Below, piece after piece: positions 12,355 to 26,500 of a stretch of 64,000 bases of DNA; position 1 is the stretch's first letter, and every line of letters begins with the position of its first letter. The notes beneath the pieces were generated by a model. The model ran no database searches, had not been told where the DNA came from, and worked only from the letters and a program-made list of their open reading frames with translations. The translations under genes were made by a program, and so were the position numbers. Where the stretch lies: the NCBI GenBank assembly GCA_964035545.1, contig OZ037765.1, positions 33,045,504-33,109,503 on the forward strand, written 5' to 3'. This DNA comes from Bugula neritina (lineage: Eukaryota > Animalia > Bryozoa).

Positions 12355-15300
12355 TGTATTGAATTTACAGTTCACTATAAATTGTGAGTCTTCTTATGCA
12401 AAGCCACTTCAAGAGATTTTGTACAAATTGAATAGACTTTATTGTGGCGAATAATACAAGAAATAAAACTGTTAACACTAGTACACACCACACGATTACA
12501 TAATACAGAGTGATTTGCACACAACTTTACATTATTAGAACTCCATCCACTCTGCTGGCTACGCTGCCTAACTAGCTTCCACTACACATTTGCAGCTTCG
12601 CCTACTAATTAATTGTTAGTCACATCCTGTTGGTCGACATGGTGGTGCCATCCTAACGACATGATGCTGGCTGCATCATATAACTGTCCGAGATAGAGTT
12701 ATCCTTTCGATATAAACTAACTACTTGGGAACACAATACTAAACTTTTTACATCCTCCCCTCCAATCGAAAAGTACACTCGTCAACTAATACATTAATAA
12801 TAAAAAGAAATATAAAAAAACATAAGAATAAAACAGATCAAATATAAAAGCCATACTAATTTAAAATGCGAGAAAGAAACAGTCACGTCAACATGTTTTG
12901 ATGTACACCCCCACCAGATCGTGTAAGGAAGCATGAATATAAGGAAAAAGCGTCGTTCTCCCGCACAGTCCTGTCATGTGATCTGTCTCACCACAAGGTC
13001 GAATGCTTGTGGATAATTTCTTTGATACAGCCACACAAGGGGGGGGGGGTAAGAGCACACCCGTCTAGACAGAGCCAAACGTCAGTTTTGGTGGCGTCGA
13101 CATGCCACCGAAGAATCAAGCGTGGCAAAAGAATAATGTCTTTTAATATTGTCATGCAGTTATATGAGTTCCTGAATTATTAATATTATTACGATTATTA
13201 CTATCCGTCCTTTTCTGGTAGGCCAAGACAACGAGACAAAGTGACAGGCGAAAGAAGAGAAGAACTCCTATGATGTCTTTTACTTGGCTTGGTTATTAGT
13301 CATTATTTACTTCATGCAGGTATCTTTATTATTGTAGGCATCTTTATCGTCACCCGCTCATTGAGATTTTAGCTCCTTGCTGGAATCGAAGGGCATCATC
13401 CGCCATGGCAGCCACCTGGTCTGCTGTGCTGACCCTCCAAGAATTCAATGAAGCAATCGTAGCACGAGTCCAGTGCAAGAGTACAGCAAAGCGAATGCAG
13501 AAAGAGAACGATAGGTGACTGCGTGACGGTGGTGCCAGGAAAAAGAAGTGCCCGCTCCTCTATTAAAATCTCACCTGCAACAGAATACCAGAATTTGTTG
13601 TAGGAGTTTCCACCTGGTCAGTACAACACCGACAACTGAGTCACGCAATCTAGCAGCCCACTGATTATTAAAATCACACGGGCGGCTGCCTCACTCTAAG
13701 TCGTCAGTGAAATCATCTGACTTAGAAAACCAACTTTATCGTTATGATAAAGCGAGACTAATTTTTATGCTACCAGATTGAATTCCATCTAAATAATAAA
13801 ATTATGCTATGTAGACTTACCATAAGACAGTCACGGCATCAGTCTACTGCCCACTTAGGCTTTGTAGCTTATCAGCCTGCCGAGTACGTGCTCGCACGCT
13901 GACAGTCAAAATTGAAGAAAGCGCTCTTCACAGTGAAAGTGATTAGATAACACCCCCTTTCACTAGCGAGCTGGCTTTGCTCTTTTCTATACCCCCGGTG
14001 GTGTTATTATGGTATATATTTACACCATTGGGTAGGCAACTCACAGTTGTGTCTCCTTGTATTTAGGAAATGCAACTCTCAATTGCTTGTCTCCTAGATT
14101 TCTTTTGTGATAGCTGATGGATGTTTTTCCACTGCATCACACAAGAAATCTTTCAAATAAGATAGTGACGCACTAGTGCATTGGCTACGCTCCAACTGCA
14201 CTGGGGTTGCTGCTACTACTGGTGACTGTACCACCACAGGTGGTGTCACCAGTATGGGAGGGGGTCCACCAGTACGGGTGGTTCCTTCTCAGCTGCCTCT
14301 TCCTTATGAATTTGAGCAAATTCCATCTCATCCGGCGCGACAGGTGTGTCGGCCGGCTCCACTGGTGGTGTGGCCGGCTCAAACCGGTCTTCCGGTGTGT
14401 TGGCCGCCTCCTCCTGAGGTGGGGGCGGCTGGGGCGGGTCGGTCGGCATGTCGGCCGCTCCCTCCTGATCTAGCAGTACCTCCTCTATTTCTCTGTATGC
14501 CATGCCTCGCCCCCTCATGAGAGGGTGTCGAGCAGGCTCTAAGAGTGGAGGTGCTTGTACTGCCGCGTCAGGGCTCGCCCAGTGTGATTTCAACCGTGCT
14601 TCGTTCTAGATCGGCACCTGTCCGGAACGTTCCATTTTATAGGTGTGATTTGGCATCACCTCAATCACGCAATAAGGACCCACGAACTTCGGCTGCAACT
14701 TAGCCGCCTGTCCACACCGCCGGCGATAACTAGTCATCCAGACCCAGTCTCCCACCTAGTACAACGAGGGGGGTCATCAGGGTCACCACTCCTGACCTGC
14801 CACTGTTGTTCATGTAGCACCTCGTGAAATGTTCTCATGCGTTTCACAAGCTCGTCCACATAATCATGGACGCTGATCTCTGGAGCCGGAACATGATAAG
14901 TTACGTGCTTAGGAACCCTGCTTTCTCTCCACAGCATGAGAAAATTAAGGGTCTCCAGTGTACTGGAGTGAGGGGCACTACGGTAAGCTCGTATGATTTG
15001 CGGCAACAGCAAGTCCCACTCTTCCTGGCTCTTACCGATAAGCAGGCTTCTCAGTGAGTCAACTAGCATTCGGTTGTTCCTCTCCACAACCATATTTCCT
15101 TGCGGTTGATACGCATTTGGAATAGCCAGTGCATCAGCCTACCGCGTGAAATGGTCAGTTAAGACCAGTATCCAGTTATTACCTCTCACTGTCGTGGGCA
15201 TGGGGCCTACCAGATCTACAGCAACTACCTGCCACGAATGACCAGCATGAAGGCGGCACCTCTCTGTGGTCTCAGTGGAGTGGCTTACTGGCTTGGCATA

Positions 15301-18300
15301 CCTCACACTTCCGCACCCGGAGTTGGACATCCCGGGCCAATACCACTGAAGTTGAAGACACCTAGTCACCCGCCCAGCTCCTGCATGAGCCTGCTTATGG
15401 TGTCCCAGAACAAGTCCCGCCTCAGAGCAAACGGACAGACTACCCTCTCTCATTCCCGGTGATTTGCGCCGGTTTATAACGTTATCGTTAACAACCCATC
15501 ACCATTAAACCGGAGAGAGTCTTAGCGGTCGCAGAAATACTTAAACTCTGCACACCTAACCCGCTGTTCGGCCTCACTAGGCCGCCATATCTCCTTCTTG
15601 GCCCGGACTAGGTCAGTTACTACCCCTGGTAGTGTAGCTTGGAGCCGACACAGCTTCTTGACGTTCCTGAGCAGCGTGGGGTTTGCATGAAGATTTTGAA
15701 CAGCTTCACTATGGGCTTCGGACCGAAGTTGTCCTTTCTCCCAGCTGTATATACCTGCTTTCTCCACCTGTTCTTCAACGTCTAAGCGAAGGGGTCCATC
15801 ATCCCTACGCTCGATTTTTTGGCATTGCTTACGCCCATCTGCCTGGCGGCGGCTCAGTCCGTCGGCAATACCGCGTTTCTCACCGGGTCGATGTTCGATC
15901 CGATAAGAAAACTCTGCCAGGATTTTAAGCCGGCGCGCTACTTGGCTAGATGACTCAGCCCGTCGACACAGCTATGTCAAAGATGAATGGTCCGTTTATA
16001 ATCTGAATGTACGTCCGTACAGGTATGGTCTGCAGTGTTTCACCGCCTTGACTACTGCCAGGAGCTCTCTCCTGGTGGTACAGTAGTTCTTCTCAGGCGC
16101 CGACAGAGCCTTACTATAGTAAGCTACCACCACCTCACGGCCATCTTGGACCTGAGACAGCACAGCCCCCACATTATGGTTACTGGCATCAGTATCCAAA
16201 ATGTACTCTTTCGCCAGATCAGGATACGCCAAGATGGGCGCCTCTACCAAGGGATCCTTGAGGTGGTCAAATGCCTGCTGTTCTGTCTGTGTGCACTGCC
16301 ATCGCACCCCTTTTGCTGTCAGCCGGTTTAGTGGCTGTGAAATTCCTGCAAAGTTCGGTATGTACTGACGATAGTACCCTACCGCAATTCAGGGAGGTCG
16401 ACAGGGACAGCTCAGTCCGTCACAGCCCGTACCTTCTCGGGTCGGTGGCGACCCCGTCTTGACCAACCGCATGGCCCAGGTACTTAATCTCTTGCTGCAA
16501 CAATGTGCACTCAAAAGGCTTGAGCTTCAGACCAGCAGCTCGAAGTCTGTCAAACACCTCTCTGAGCCGACTGACATGAGTGTCGAAGTCGGGGGAGATG
16601 GCAATGACATCATCGAAATAGATGAGCAAGGTCTTCCAGTGTAACCCACTCAGGACCTGCTCCATGAGTTGCTGGAAAGTGGCCGGCATTGACGTAAGTC
16701 CGAACGGCAACACTTTCCATTTCCAGAGCCCATCCCGCGTAATGAACGCGGCCTTGTCCTGTGCATCAGAACTTAGGAGCACCTGCCAATACCCGCTTAG
16801 CAAATCCAACGTACTGAAAAACTTGCTACCAGCTAAGGCATCTAGCAACTCATCGATCTTAGGAAGAGGGTAAGCGTCCTGGATGGTCACGCTATTCAGT
16901 TTGCGATAATTCACGCAAAATCTCCAGCCCCTATCATTTTCCCGAACCAGGCCAACTGGAGAGCTCCAAGCACCATGAGCTGGCTCAATCCGGTCCCGTT
17001 TCGAAAGGTTTTGCACCTGTCGGCTCACTTTCCTTTTCCTTTGAAGTACCTAATCGGCGAGTCCGCTACCTGATACTCACCGTCCCAGCCGTCAGGTGTA
17101 TCTCATGACAGACAGCCTTCGCGGGGCCCATGTCATGATCGCTGCGACTGAACACATCCTTGTACTCAAAAAGTAGCTGCGCCACTACCAGGCGTTCCCA
17201 CTTACTCTCACAACCATCACAGGCATCCTCGTACAAATTTACTAGCTGTTCAGGCACCGGCCCCCTGCCGTCCCTAGTGAGTACCCGTCGAGCCTCGTTC
17301 GCTGTTTCCAGGGCCGGTCCGACATCCTCCTTCTGCATGGAGTAGAATTTCCCTACTAGTGACCCAGCCGGTAATTCTACCGGTTCCGTGAAAGGATTCA
17401 ACTCCCCCCGCTCATCCAGTCTATTCAAAGTGTTAGCGAGCTGGACGCCCCCCAGTGCACCCTCCACCACTCCTAAGTCGGAGACTTCCCTACAGTTCAC
17501 TCTGCAACGAATTGTAGCCCGAGAGCGCCCAGGTACAGTACAGCGCTGTACCACCTGCACTCCTCCTACCGACGTTTTGTGGGCAAGCAGGTTACATCTC
17601 GGTCTTGCTCACACACGGGCGGCCGAGTAAATTCTCGGTCTTAGGCTCGTGTGGGCAACTGAGGGAAATCCCTGTCTCGATCCCACTTGTCGTACATCCC
17701 CTTATTAGGCAAACTTTCAAAGCGGCTTTTTGAGTGCCCCCGCCAAAGGTTTTGACAGGCTTTGCGGCCTACTGACTCTCCTTGGGGCTTGACACTTTGG
17801 CGAAGGCGGCCTCCTCACTCGATTGGGTTTGGGCGTTGGCCTTGGCCTTGGAGGGTTTAACCGAGGCCCACGGTCGGCGGAGTCTTAGGTAGTCTTAGGA
17901 CTTCTCCTAAGTCTCTGGAGCTGCACACGGGCATCTCGAGCAGTCAGCCCAAACCAGGCTCTCAACGCCTCGAAAATGTCGCCGACGTTTTGGCCTATTC
18001 CGTAGGGTTTAGCAGGCCCTTTCAGACACAACCGTAGCTGGATCAGAGTAACCCTGGCAGACCATTGACAGATGGCCGCCACATCACTGAACTTAGTACT
18101 AAATTTCTCCACATCCTCTTCTCCTGGGAAGAGGAGAGCACGTAAATGTTACTTGTCCATAGGCAGCGCTGGGCCGGCTATATCTTCCTCCACCGCTACC
18201 GGTTCCTGACGGGGTATGTCCTCATCGTCGGCCATTTTTTACTCCCTGGCTAGGAGCATTTGCAGTAAAAGAAATCCCAATGCTGCTACCACTGTATTGA

Positions 18301-18690
18301 ATTTACAATTCACTATAAATTGTGGGTATACTTATGCAAAGCCAAATCACCAGATTTCGTACAAATTGAATGGACTTTATTATGGCGAATAATACAAGAA
18401 AGAAAACTGTTTACACTAGTACACACCACACGATTACATAATACAGAGTGATTTGCACACAACTTTTTATTATTAGAACTCGATCCACTCTGCCGGCTAC
18501 GCTGCCTAACTAGCTTCCACTACACATTTGCAGCTCCACCTACTATTTAATTGTTAATCACATTCCATTGGTCAACACGGTAGTGCCATCCGAACAACAT
18601 GATGCTGACTGCATCATGTAACTGTTCGAGATAGAGTTATTCTTTCGATATAAACTAACTGCTTGGGAACACCATACTAAACTCTTTACA
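12355..18690 (-). mobile_element. Ty3/Gypsy LTR retrotransposon with both LTRs, decayed and internally deleted
   Basis: 398-bp TG..CA LTRs at 12355-12752 and 18293-18690, flanked by the TSD ATAA (12351-12354, 18691-18694). PBS TGGTAGCAGCATTGGGAT follows the 5' LTR, and PPT GGAGGGGAGGA precedes the 3' LTR. Fragments of gag, RT (LPFGL, YFDD), RNase H (DTDAS) and integrase lie in Gypsy order. Confidence 0.95.
14246..18235 (-). pseudogene. disrupted gag-pol of the Gypsy element
   Basis: ORF fragments 17885-18112 (gag), 16420-17028 (RT), 15996-16307 (RNase H), 15139-15453 and 14734-15093 (integrase), with multiple frameshifts, stops and deletions. Confidence 0.9.
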
Positions 18691-18957
18691 ATAAATAGAT
18701 TCTATGTTCTCCATTTAACATTTCTTTAGACTTTATTTACCAATTCATTTTTTGTAAGTGATAACACAATAGTATGGATAAAAGTTTCAATATTGAGAGT
18801 TAGAGTAAGAATAATTATTATAAACAATTTAGAATAGCTGATGCCATCTTGAGTATACACTGTTGTTTCCTATCTATTCACACTCTTGGTATATTATTGT
18901 GATAGCTATCTTTGATATGAAAATACTAAACAATATTCAATTTATGTTCTCTTGTAG

Positions 18958-19087
18958 CCTGGAGGTCATTTAGGAGCTCAAACACACCAATAGTTACAAA
19001 GAAGAGATTCAACTGCTATAATGTAGATGAAACTCAACACTTAGTAAAGTGTATATAGGTCAGACATGGAGGAAGACACTTCTGAAG
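18958..19087 (+). other. candidate upstream exon carrying the start codon of the Roco-caspase gene (ATG 19066, MEEDTSE)
   Basis: Acceptor TTCTCTTGTAG at 18957, ATG in GACATGG context and a phase-1 donor (GAAG|GTACTC). The phase matches the phase-1 acceptor at 23347. The donor is weak and this is unverified. Confidence 0.35.
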
Positions 19088-19864
19088 GTACTCTACCATT
19101 ATTCTAATGTATTCAATGTAGTGCATTACTTTCTATATCATGTTGGGTGCCTGTGTACTTTATGATATGACAGCTCTATAGCTAGCTTGATGATACGTTT
19201 GAAATTACTTCAATGACATCTTTAGATAAAGTGCTAGTTTTAGAAATTAGGTTCGTTTCCCAGACTAGTGAAATTCTCTCTTTTTTACTGTGGTAAATTG
19301 TATTATGACCTAAAGTACACAATTATGCATAACACAGATCCTTAGGTCACAATTTTTGGTCTATATGCTGGCTTTTTTCTGTCATGAGTATAACTATTTA
19401 CGTTAAATAATTGACAATACAAATGGAGATTATATCAAATAGAAGCAAATGTCTCTATAACAGCTATGTTGTTGTGTTAATCTGCTTCCATCATATTATA
19501 TGCCATATAATAGCCAACAGCTCCATACTCTTGCCAAGCTCATAAACAGTGTAGTTAGGCTGTATTTCTTGGCGATAAGTTGACCCATGCTTTTCTTAGA
19601 ATTACCCCACACCTCTCTCCAGAAAGTTTGGAACACAGCTTCTACATTGGGTGTCTTTTACTGTTTTTGAGAAACTCTCCTAGGTAAAAAACGCTGAATG
19701 GACTTCAAGGTATCATTGGTTATCTTATGCTGAAACTACAAACTCTATGTAGCTTTAGTTCCCAAATCTCCATTTCCACCAAACTGTGATGTCAATTGTG
19801 AGAATTAGTTCTCCTGATTTTTGTGCTTGGGCTAACTGTTCAGTTATTTGTTCCTAAAACTCTA

Positions 19865-21222
19865 TAGAGGTAAGGGGACACAACGGTCACAAAAGTAGAA
19901 AAGCCTGTCAGCCTGTGAGAGAACTTATTGATTTGGAGTTGTGATTTGTTTAATAAAAAGGTAGTGACATAAATATTTGGTCATTGTAGTTTCAACACTT
20001 GTAGAGCATACGTGTTGAAAAGGCGTGTCAAAAACTCTTTTCCCTACTTTTTTTAATTTTTTAAAGATGTTTCAAAACTTTTTACACTCAAAGGTAACAA
20101 GCCTAGATTTCACTGATAATGTTGCCATTGCTTGTCTCTATACATCACTTAACTAGTGTAATAACAAATTATTCTAAAATAAATTTTCTTTGAGCCACCA
20201 TTTATTTTCAATTTAGCCACATGCATGGACATAATGGGCCAAGCTGATTAAAGCACAATGTGGCACAATGGGCCACGCTGATTGGGGCACAATGGGCCAC
20301 CTGATCATTGCACCTTGAGCACTGTTATTAATTTGTTTGCCCAAAAAGTTATTTGAACTGTTAATAAAATCTATAGATATAGCCATTTCTGACCTTTTTG
20401 TGAAATATCAAAAGCATCATGCTAAGACTACCAAGTTACAAGGTTAAGCTGCCCTAAAATATACATCTATAGTGAGCCATTTTACACATCATACACAACA
20501 CTCTGCTGTTACTGTTAACGGATAGTCCTGCATGGTATCTATTATACATTATATCATTGAGGCCTTTGAGGGAATATATATGTATATGATTAAAACAAAT
20601 TGTGATTTGCTCATTCCCCCCTCTTCCTAACTCTAGCCATAAACTTCAGCCACCTTCAAGCTACCATCCATAGAAAAAAGTCCACTCGGAATTATGTAAC
20701 ACATGTTACTAAAGTTTTTTCTGGTGAAAGTTCTCCGTGAAGTGGAAATAGAAAAAACATGTTTAGTTCTAAACAGTACTGGTATAATGGCACCATAAAA
20801 ATGAGTGATGTGCGTTTAATTTTGCCTCCCACTGCTATATCTGTGGTGGCACAAACTGTACAGCTGAAACACAATTTTTACTATAGATCTGAAGGAGTAT
20901 TTTTAATTACTTGTGCATTGTAATAAATAAACAAAGATTAGATGCAACCAAATCAGCCTAATTTTAATATATTTTTTGTGTCCCCTCCCAGTGGCCTATT
21001 GTACTCAATACTGGGCCACAATGGGACAGTTTTTTTGCCATGGAAATTTCGTTATTCTGAAGCTTGTGAAAAAGATAGAAACAACAAACTGATATACTCA
21101 TTTTAGACAGCTGGTGTAACATTTAGACTAAAGATTATTGAACTAGTTACTTAAAAAACAGATGAATAAGAACAAAAATCTCTAAATTCGGCCCATTGTG
21201 ACCCCCTCCTCCTTACCCCTAC
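19865..21222. mobile_element. putative non-autonomous DNA transposon remnant
   Basis: Imperfect terminal inverted repeats (TAGAGGTAAGGGG...GGTCACA vs TGTGACC...CCTTACCCCTA) and repeated internal CACAATGGGCC-like motifs at 20230-20300, 21015 and (inverted) 21190. Confidence 0.35.
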
Positions 21223-23347
21223 TAGTTGAGTATTGACCAATTTGCTGAGATTACCTTGTCTCACCGAGGTCAAATAAGTCCAAATTATTTTTTTTTGCTT
21301 TTCTTACTGAGCCATTACTTCAATAATCTACATAGCAGTGTTAGTACAGAAAATAATTGTATGAAGTGTAAAAAATGTGTCATGAAACACATACTAATAT
21401 TGGTTTGTAAGGGGACAAATATAACGCTTTATGCGAGTGTATTATAAATAGTTCAACAACTCACAGACTTATAAACAATTTCATTGTTTTGTGGCAATGC
21501 TAATATTATAAGCATTTTAGGAAAAAGCTATAGAAAGGTTTTAGATAAATAGCAAATGATATCTTGTGAACTATAAACTCACTTTATCTCTACTATACTT
21601 GACTATATATATAACTGTATGAACTATATAACTTATACTTAATATAACATATTTTGTAATCAATAATGAGTATTATATACTTATGAGATATTCAATTTAA
21701 ATCCTATAAATTCTATTCCACCCTATAGACCTAAGAAACAAGTATATATAATAATATAATTGTATCTCTTATAACAACTGTATATACTATAATATAAATG
21801 TTGCTTCATCATCTCCAGTATAGACAATATCACTAGAGCAAGGTATAGTTTGGTGTCATATAAGCAGCTACAGTTTGGATATCTTCAGAGACACTGCCAG
21901 CTCACTAAGCTAGAAATCAACTTCAATCACATCTAAATATAATTAATAAAACTAAAAGTACCAGAAAAGTACCTGCATTGGGCCTTTACTTTTCCTAGTT
22001 TTATTTAGTGTAATGTCATATCATGCTTTCTTACAGTATATATTATGACTCAGAAACAGTCTGCAGTTGTTATTTCTTGTATGATAGTCTCTTTGGCCTT
22101 GGGTTCCTAAAGTTCCAGACCATGTCTTTGCAGGTAGACTACATGTTTGTAGGTCTTATTTTACTGACGATGTAGCTTTATTTTCATTTAGTGAGCCAGT
22201 CTAGCTTACAGCGACCATTAACTTACTTTGCTAGCTCTGCACTTAGTGTTGAAGTGAGCCTGAGAATATACTGAAGTTCTATGTCAGTCAGCTTCACAAT
22301 AACTTTGTGACCAATTTCAATACGTTTCTATTGAAGACACAGCAATAAATACATCTTTAATCAGTGCTTATATATATTTTGGTTGCATAACTTCTTCTTA
22401 TGTGAAGTTCATATATAAAAAGAGATAGATTATTATAGACTTTTAGCCGCAAACATAGAAACTGTTAGATTTCACAAAAGGATGTATAAAAAACTTAGGG
22501 AGGGGTATTAAAATAAGCCTTTACAGACCTGTAGATTCATACCTTAATTAAGCTATATATATAGGTTTGAATTCTGGATTACTTAAAAACATCGGAAGAG
22601 TTTCAGATTGACTCCATCAATATGGTTGTTGATCTACTATGCATGATAGGATATCAATGAAAATGTTAAAACATGGTAAGATTGAAGCTCTGTTGGTAAA
22701 AGTATCAACTGTTCTGGGTGAATCATACCTTTAAGTTGCAAAATGTAACAAAATACGAACTGCTTGGTAAATTGTGTGGCAGTCAACCAAGCTTTGTTTA
22801 CAGACCAACTCGAATGCTCTCTTTTCAATATGTTTACTTTCTCTACCAGATCCCTTGATGGTTACAAATGGCTGCTAATTAAAAATAATAATTAAATTAT
22901 TACATAATTTTAAAAATAATTGCACTATAGATAGAGTAAAATAATCATCCTTGCAATTAAAAACATTCACAATAGTACTGCCTGATTAAAATGCTTGTCG
23001 TGGGTACAGAGCTGATCGTTATGAGTTTATCATATATACTGGAAGGTATACTTTGTACATAACTGACTTCAAATACATACTCTATCAGATCATAAATTCT
23101 TTCAACTAATTACAAGAAATGATTGGTAACTACTGCTGCACCCAACCAAATGGGTTTGACAACTATTTAGATATCTAAGATGATGAATATACATGAAGTA
23201 GACGGCACTGTATCCCATCATTTCTTATTATTCAACCTGCATTAACTGTCTGCAATAACACTGTGTTGAAAAGAAATGGCATAACCACAAATTAAGCTAC
23301 AGCATCTGTATGATATTATAAATGCTATCTATAATTTCTTGATCCAG

Positions 23348-23579
23348 AGAGTCTCAGAATCTGGTTTAGACATTCTGGAGAGAATCCTGTAGACATGGAA
23401 GATGTTTGCTGGGCTGCAACCAAATCATATACTTTGAGTGAAGTGAAGACTCAAGTTGGGAGTTATCAACTCACTCACCTCAAGTTAGAGAAGAAAATTC
23501 CTAAGAATATAGGAGAGATTGCTTCACATGCTGTTTGTTTGGTATTCCGTAATATGACTGACAAGGAGAGTCTGAATAA
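23348..23579 (+). CDS. N-terminal coding exon of the Roco-caspase gene
   Basis: Open frame from acceptor CCAG (23347) to donor AA|GTGAGT, ending in phase 2 as the LRR cassettes require. Confidence 0.65.
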
Positions 23580-26500
23580 GTGAGTATTTAGTTGAGTATA
23601 TCTGAGTCAGACAACTCACACATATTGTATGATTTCAAGATGAATATGTTGATGACTCCTAAAAAGTTGTACTGTACATTATGTAATGCGATATTAAGAG
23701 TTGAATACACAGCAATGATATGATGTATATATTGTAACAATAACTTATATTCTTCTCTGATTGTATGTCTTTATATTGTATTTTTATATTACAGTATTAG
23801 TCAGCTGACTCAGTTAGAGGAACTAGACATAGGATACAATCCTCTCAACACAGTACCAGATGTTGTGTCATCACTCACATCACTCAAACAGTTGTATATG
23901 AGTGGATGTAGAATATCCAGTCTACCTGAGAGGTTTGTGTGTCACATGTTTATTATTTCTTCTTAACATCATACCCATCTCCCTTTAAAATATATTTATA
24001 CATAACTATTAGTATATAAGATATGTACAGGTTATAAATGTGTAGGTAAAAATTTGTATACCCACCTTAAGGTTTTGATAAAATACAATGAGATGGAAAA
24101 GGTGGAGTGCATCATGAATTGAAAAGCCACCCTCTCTCATGAAAAAGTGAATTATAATTTCGTTTTACTACTGTATTGAAATACCACAGTACTCCCTAGC
24201 TATAATGTAAAATAATATTGCTAAGCATTTTGCTAAAGGTTTCATCTGGAAAGAATACTTATAGATATAGAATATTATTGAAGAAAACAATGGTCTATAG
24301 GGGTTTGAGCTCGACAAAGGCTATTGATGATGTTAGGAAGACTATACCCAGTCATAATTGCTCCTGTGCCTCATGTGAATAAGTCCATAGCCCCATTTAA
24401 CAAAAACTCCTTTCATCAGGGATTTTCTCACAGGGATGATGATTAAATTTGCATCAGTTTTATTTTTAAATAAAATAATAGAATTATTTGTTATATAAAG
24501 CGATAACAGCTACTAGTGATATAATTTGTTACTGATCACTATCAAATCAAATGGTATTCATTATTAAATGAAACAAGTTAAGGTAAAATATCATGAGGAT
24601 TGCAAAAATATTTTTGTTTTATTGTTAGAATTTTTCAGGACTGTAAACTGCTGCATGATATTTTATTCTCTTCCTGTTGTAAATTTTTATATCATATTTT
24701 TATATTACAGTCTCTCCCAGCTGACTCAGTTAGAGGAACTAGACATAGGATACAATCCTCTCAACACAGTACCAGATGTTGTGTCATCACTGACATCACT
24801 TAAACAGTTGGATATGAGTCACTGTAGAATATCCAGTCTACCTAGGAGGTTTCTGTGTCACATGTTTATTATTTCTTCTTAACATCATTACCATCTCCCT
24901 TTAAATTATATTTATACATAACTATTAGTATATAAGATATGTACAGGTTATAAATGTGTATGTAGGTAGAATTTTGTACCCACCTTAAGGTTTTGATAAA
25001 ATACAATGAGATGGAAAAGGTGGAGTGCATCATGAATTGAAAAGCCACCCTCTCTCATGAAAAAGTGAATTATAATTTTGTTTTACTACTGTATTGAAAT
25101 ACCACAGTACTCTCCGGCTATGATGTAAAATTTTATTGCCACTAAGTATTTTGCTAAAGTTTTCATGTTGAACGAAGACTAGATATAGGATAATATTAAA
25201 GAAAACAGTGGTCTAGAAGCGTTAACCCTGACAAAGGCCATTGGTGATGTTAGGAAGACTACTCAGTCATAATTGCTCTTGTGCGTCATTTAAATAATTC
25301 CTTAGCCCAATTTAACAAATATCCTTCCCACCGGGTTTTTCACAGGGATAGTGACTATAAAGTTGCATGCATTTTACTTCATAAAAAAACAATGAAATCA
25401 CTTGTAATATGAAGTACTAATATCTACTGGTGATATAATTTGTTATTGATCAAATCGCATTCATTTTATTACATGAAACAATTTAAGGTAAAATATCACA
25501 AGGATTGGAAAAAACATTTTTGTTTTGTTGATAGAGTTTTTCAGAACTATAAACTGCTGCATGATATTTCATTATTTTCCTGATGTAAATTTTTATATCA
25601 TATTTTTGTATTACAGTCTTTCCCAGCTGACTCAGTTAGAGATACTATACATACAACGGAATCATCTCAACACAGTACCAGATGTTGTGTCATCACTCAC
25701 ATCACTTAAACAGCTGGATATGAGTTACTGTAGTAGAGTTGGTCTACCTGAGAGGTTTGTGTGTCACATGTTTATTACTACTTCACAACATCACTATTAC
25801 TACTCTGTAACCTATATTTATACACAACTTATATAGTATATATAATATAACATACAGGATACAGAGTATAGCTATAGTTTTTGTACTTAGCCTGAGTTCC
25901 CTGTGTTAGATAAGGAGCTGGTAAAGGTGCAGTGTAAAAATTGGAAAAACTTTAAACCTCTTCAAATGACTATGTGCAGGATGATGAAAGGAGTTGTATT
26001 ACTTATATATGAATATGTAAGATAGTTTACAATAATGTGTAAAGTTTGGAAAAGATACCCTCTTTCTATATGACCAGAAGCTGAATTATAAATTAGGAGT
26101 TGTATTATTTACATACGAATATTTTGTGTAGTTTAGAATAATTGTATGCATTATATGTTATTAGGAATTAAATATACAGCAATAATGTGGTTTATATTTT
26201 ATATATTACCATTAAATTGTCTGTATGCGTAGGGTCACACAACGCGGGTTTTCTGCATGGGGGTCCAAATTTTAGGGCACCTGTTCTGGGAACAACTTGC
26301 CACACAATGCATGGATTGTGGGTGCGGGAGCTCATTGGCTAACGAACTTGGAGTTTAACATTACTGCTCGCCTACAGACATTTGTTTTTTAAATTTACAT
26401 CATCGGCAAAGTGACTTTCCATATTATAAAAGTGGAAATGAAAACTATATGAAACTGTTTTAATTTAGTTCGATAAAAATTAAACCTCGAATTGAAATTA

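Noticed and set aside
24568-24882. Standalone ~104-aa ORFs MKQVKVKYHEDCK... (also 39323, 47677, 48594 and similar)
   Set aside because: Read-through of intron sequence around the 138-nt LRR exons; homologous frames differ outside the AG/GT boundaries.
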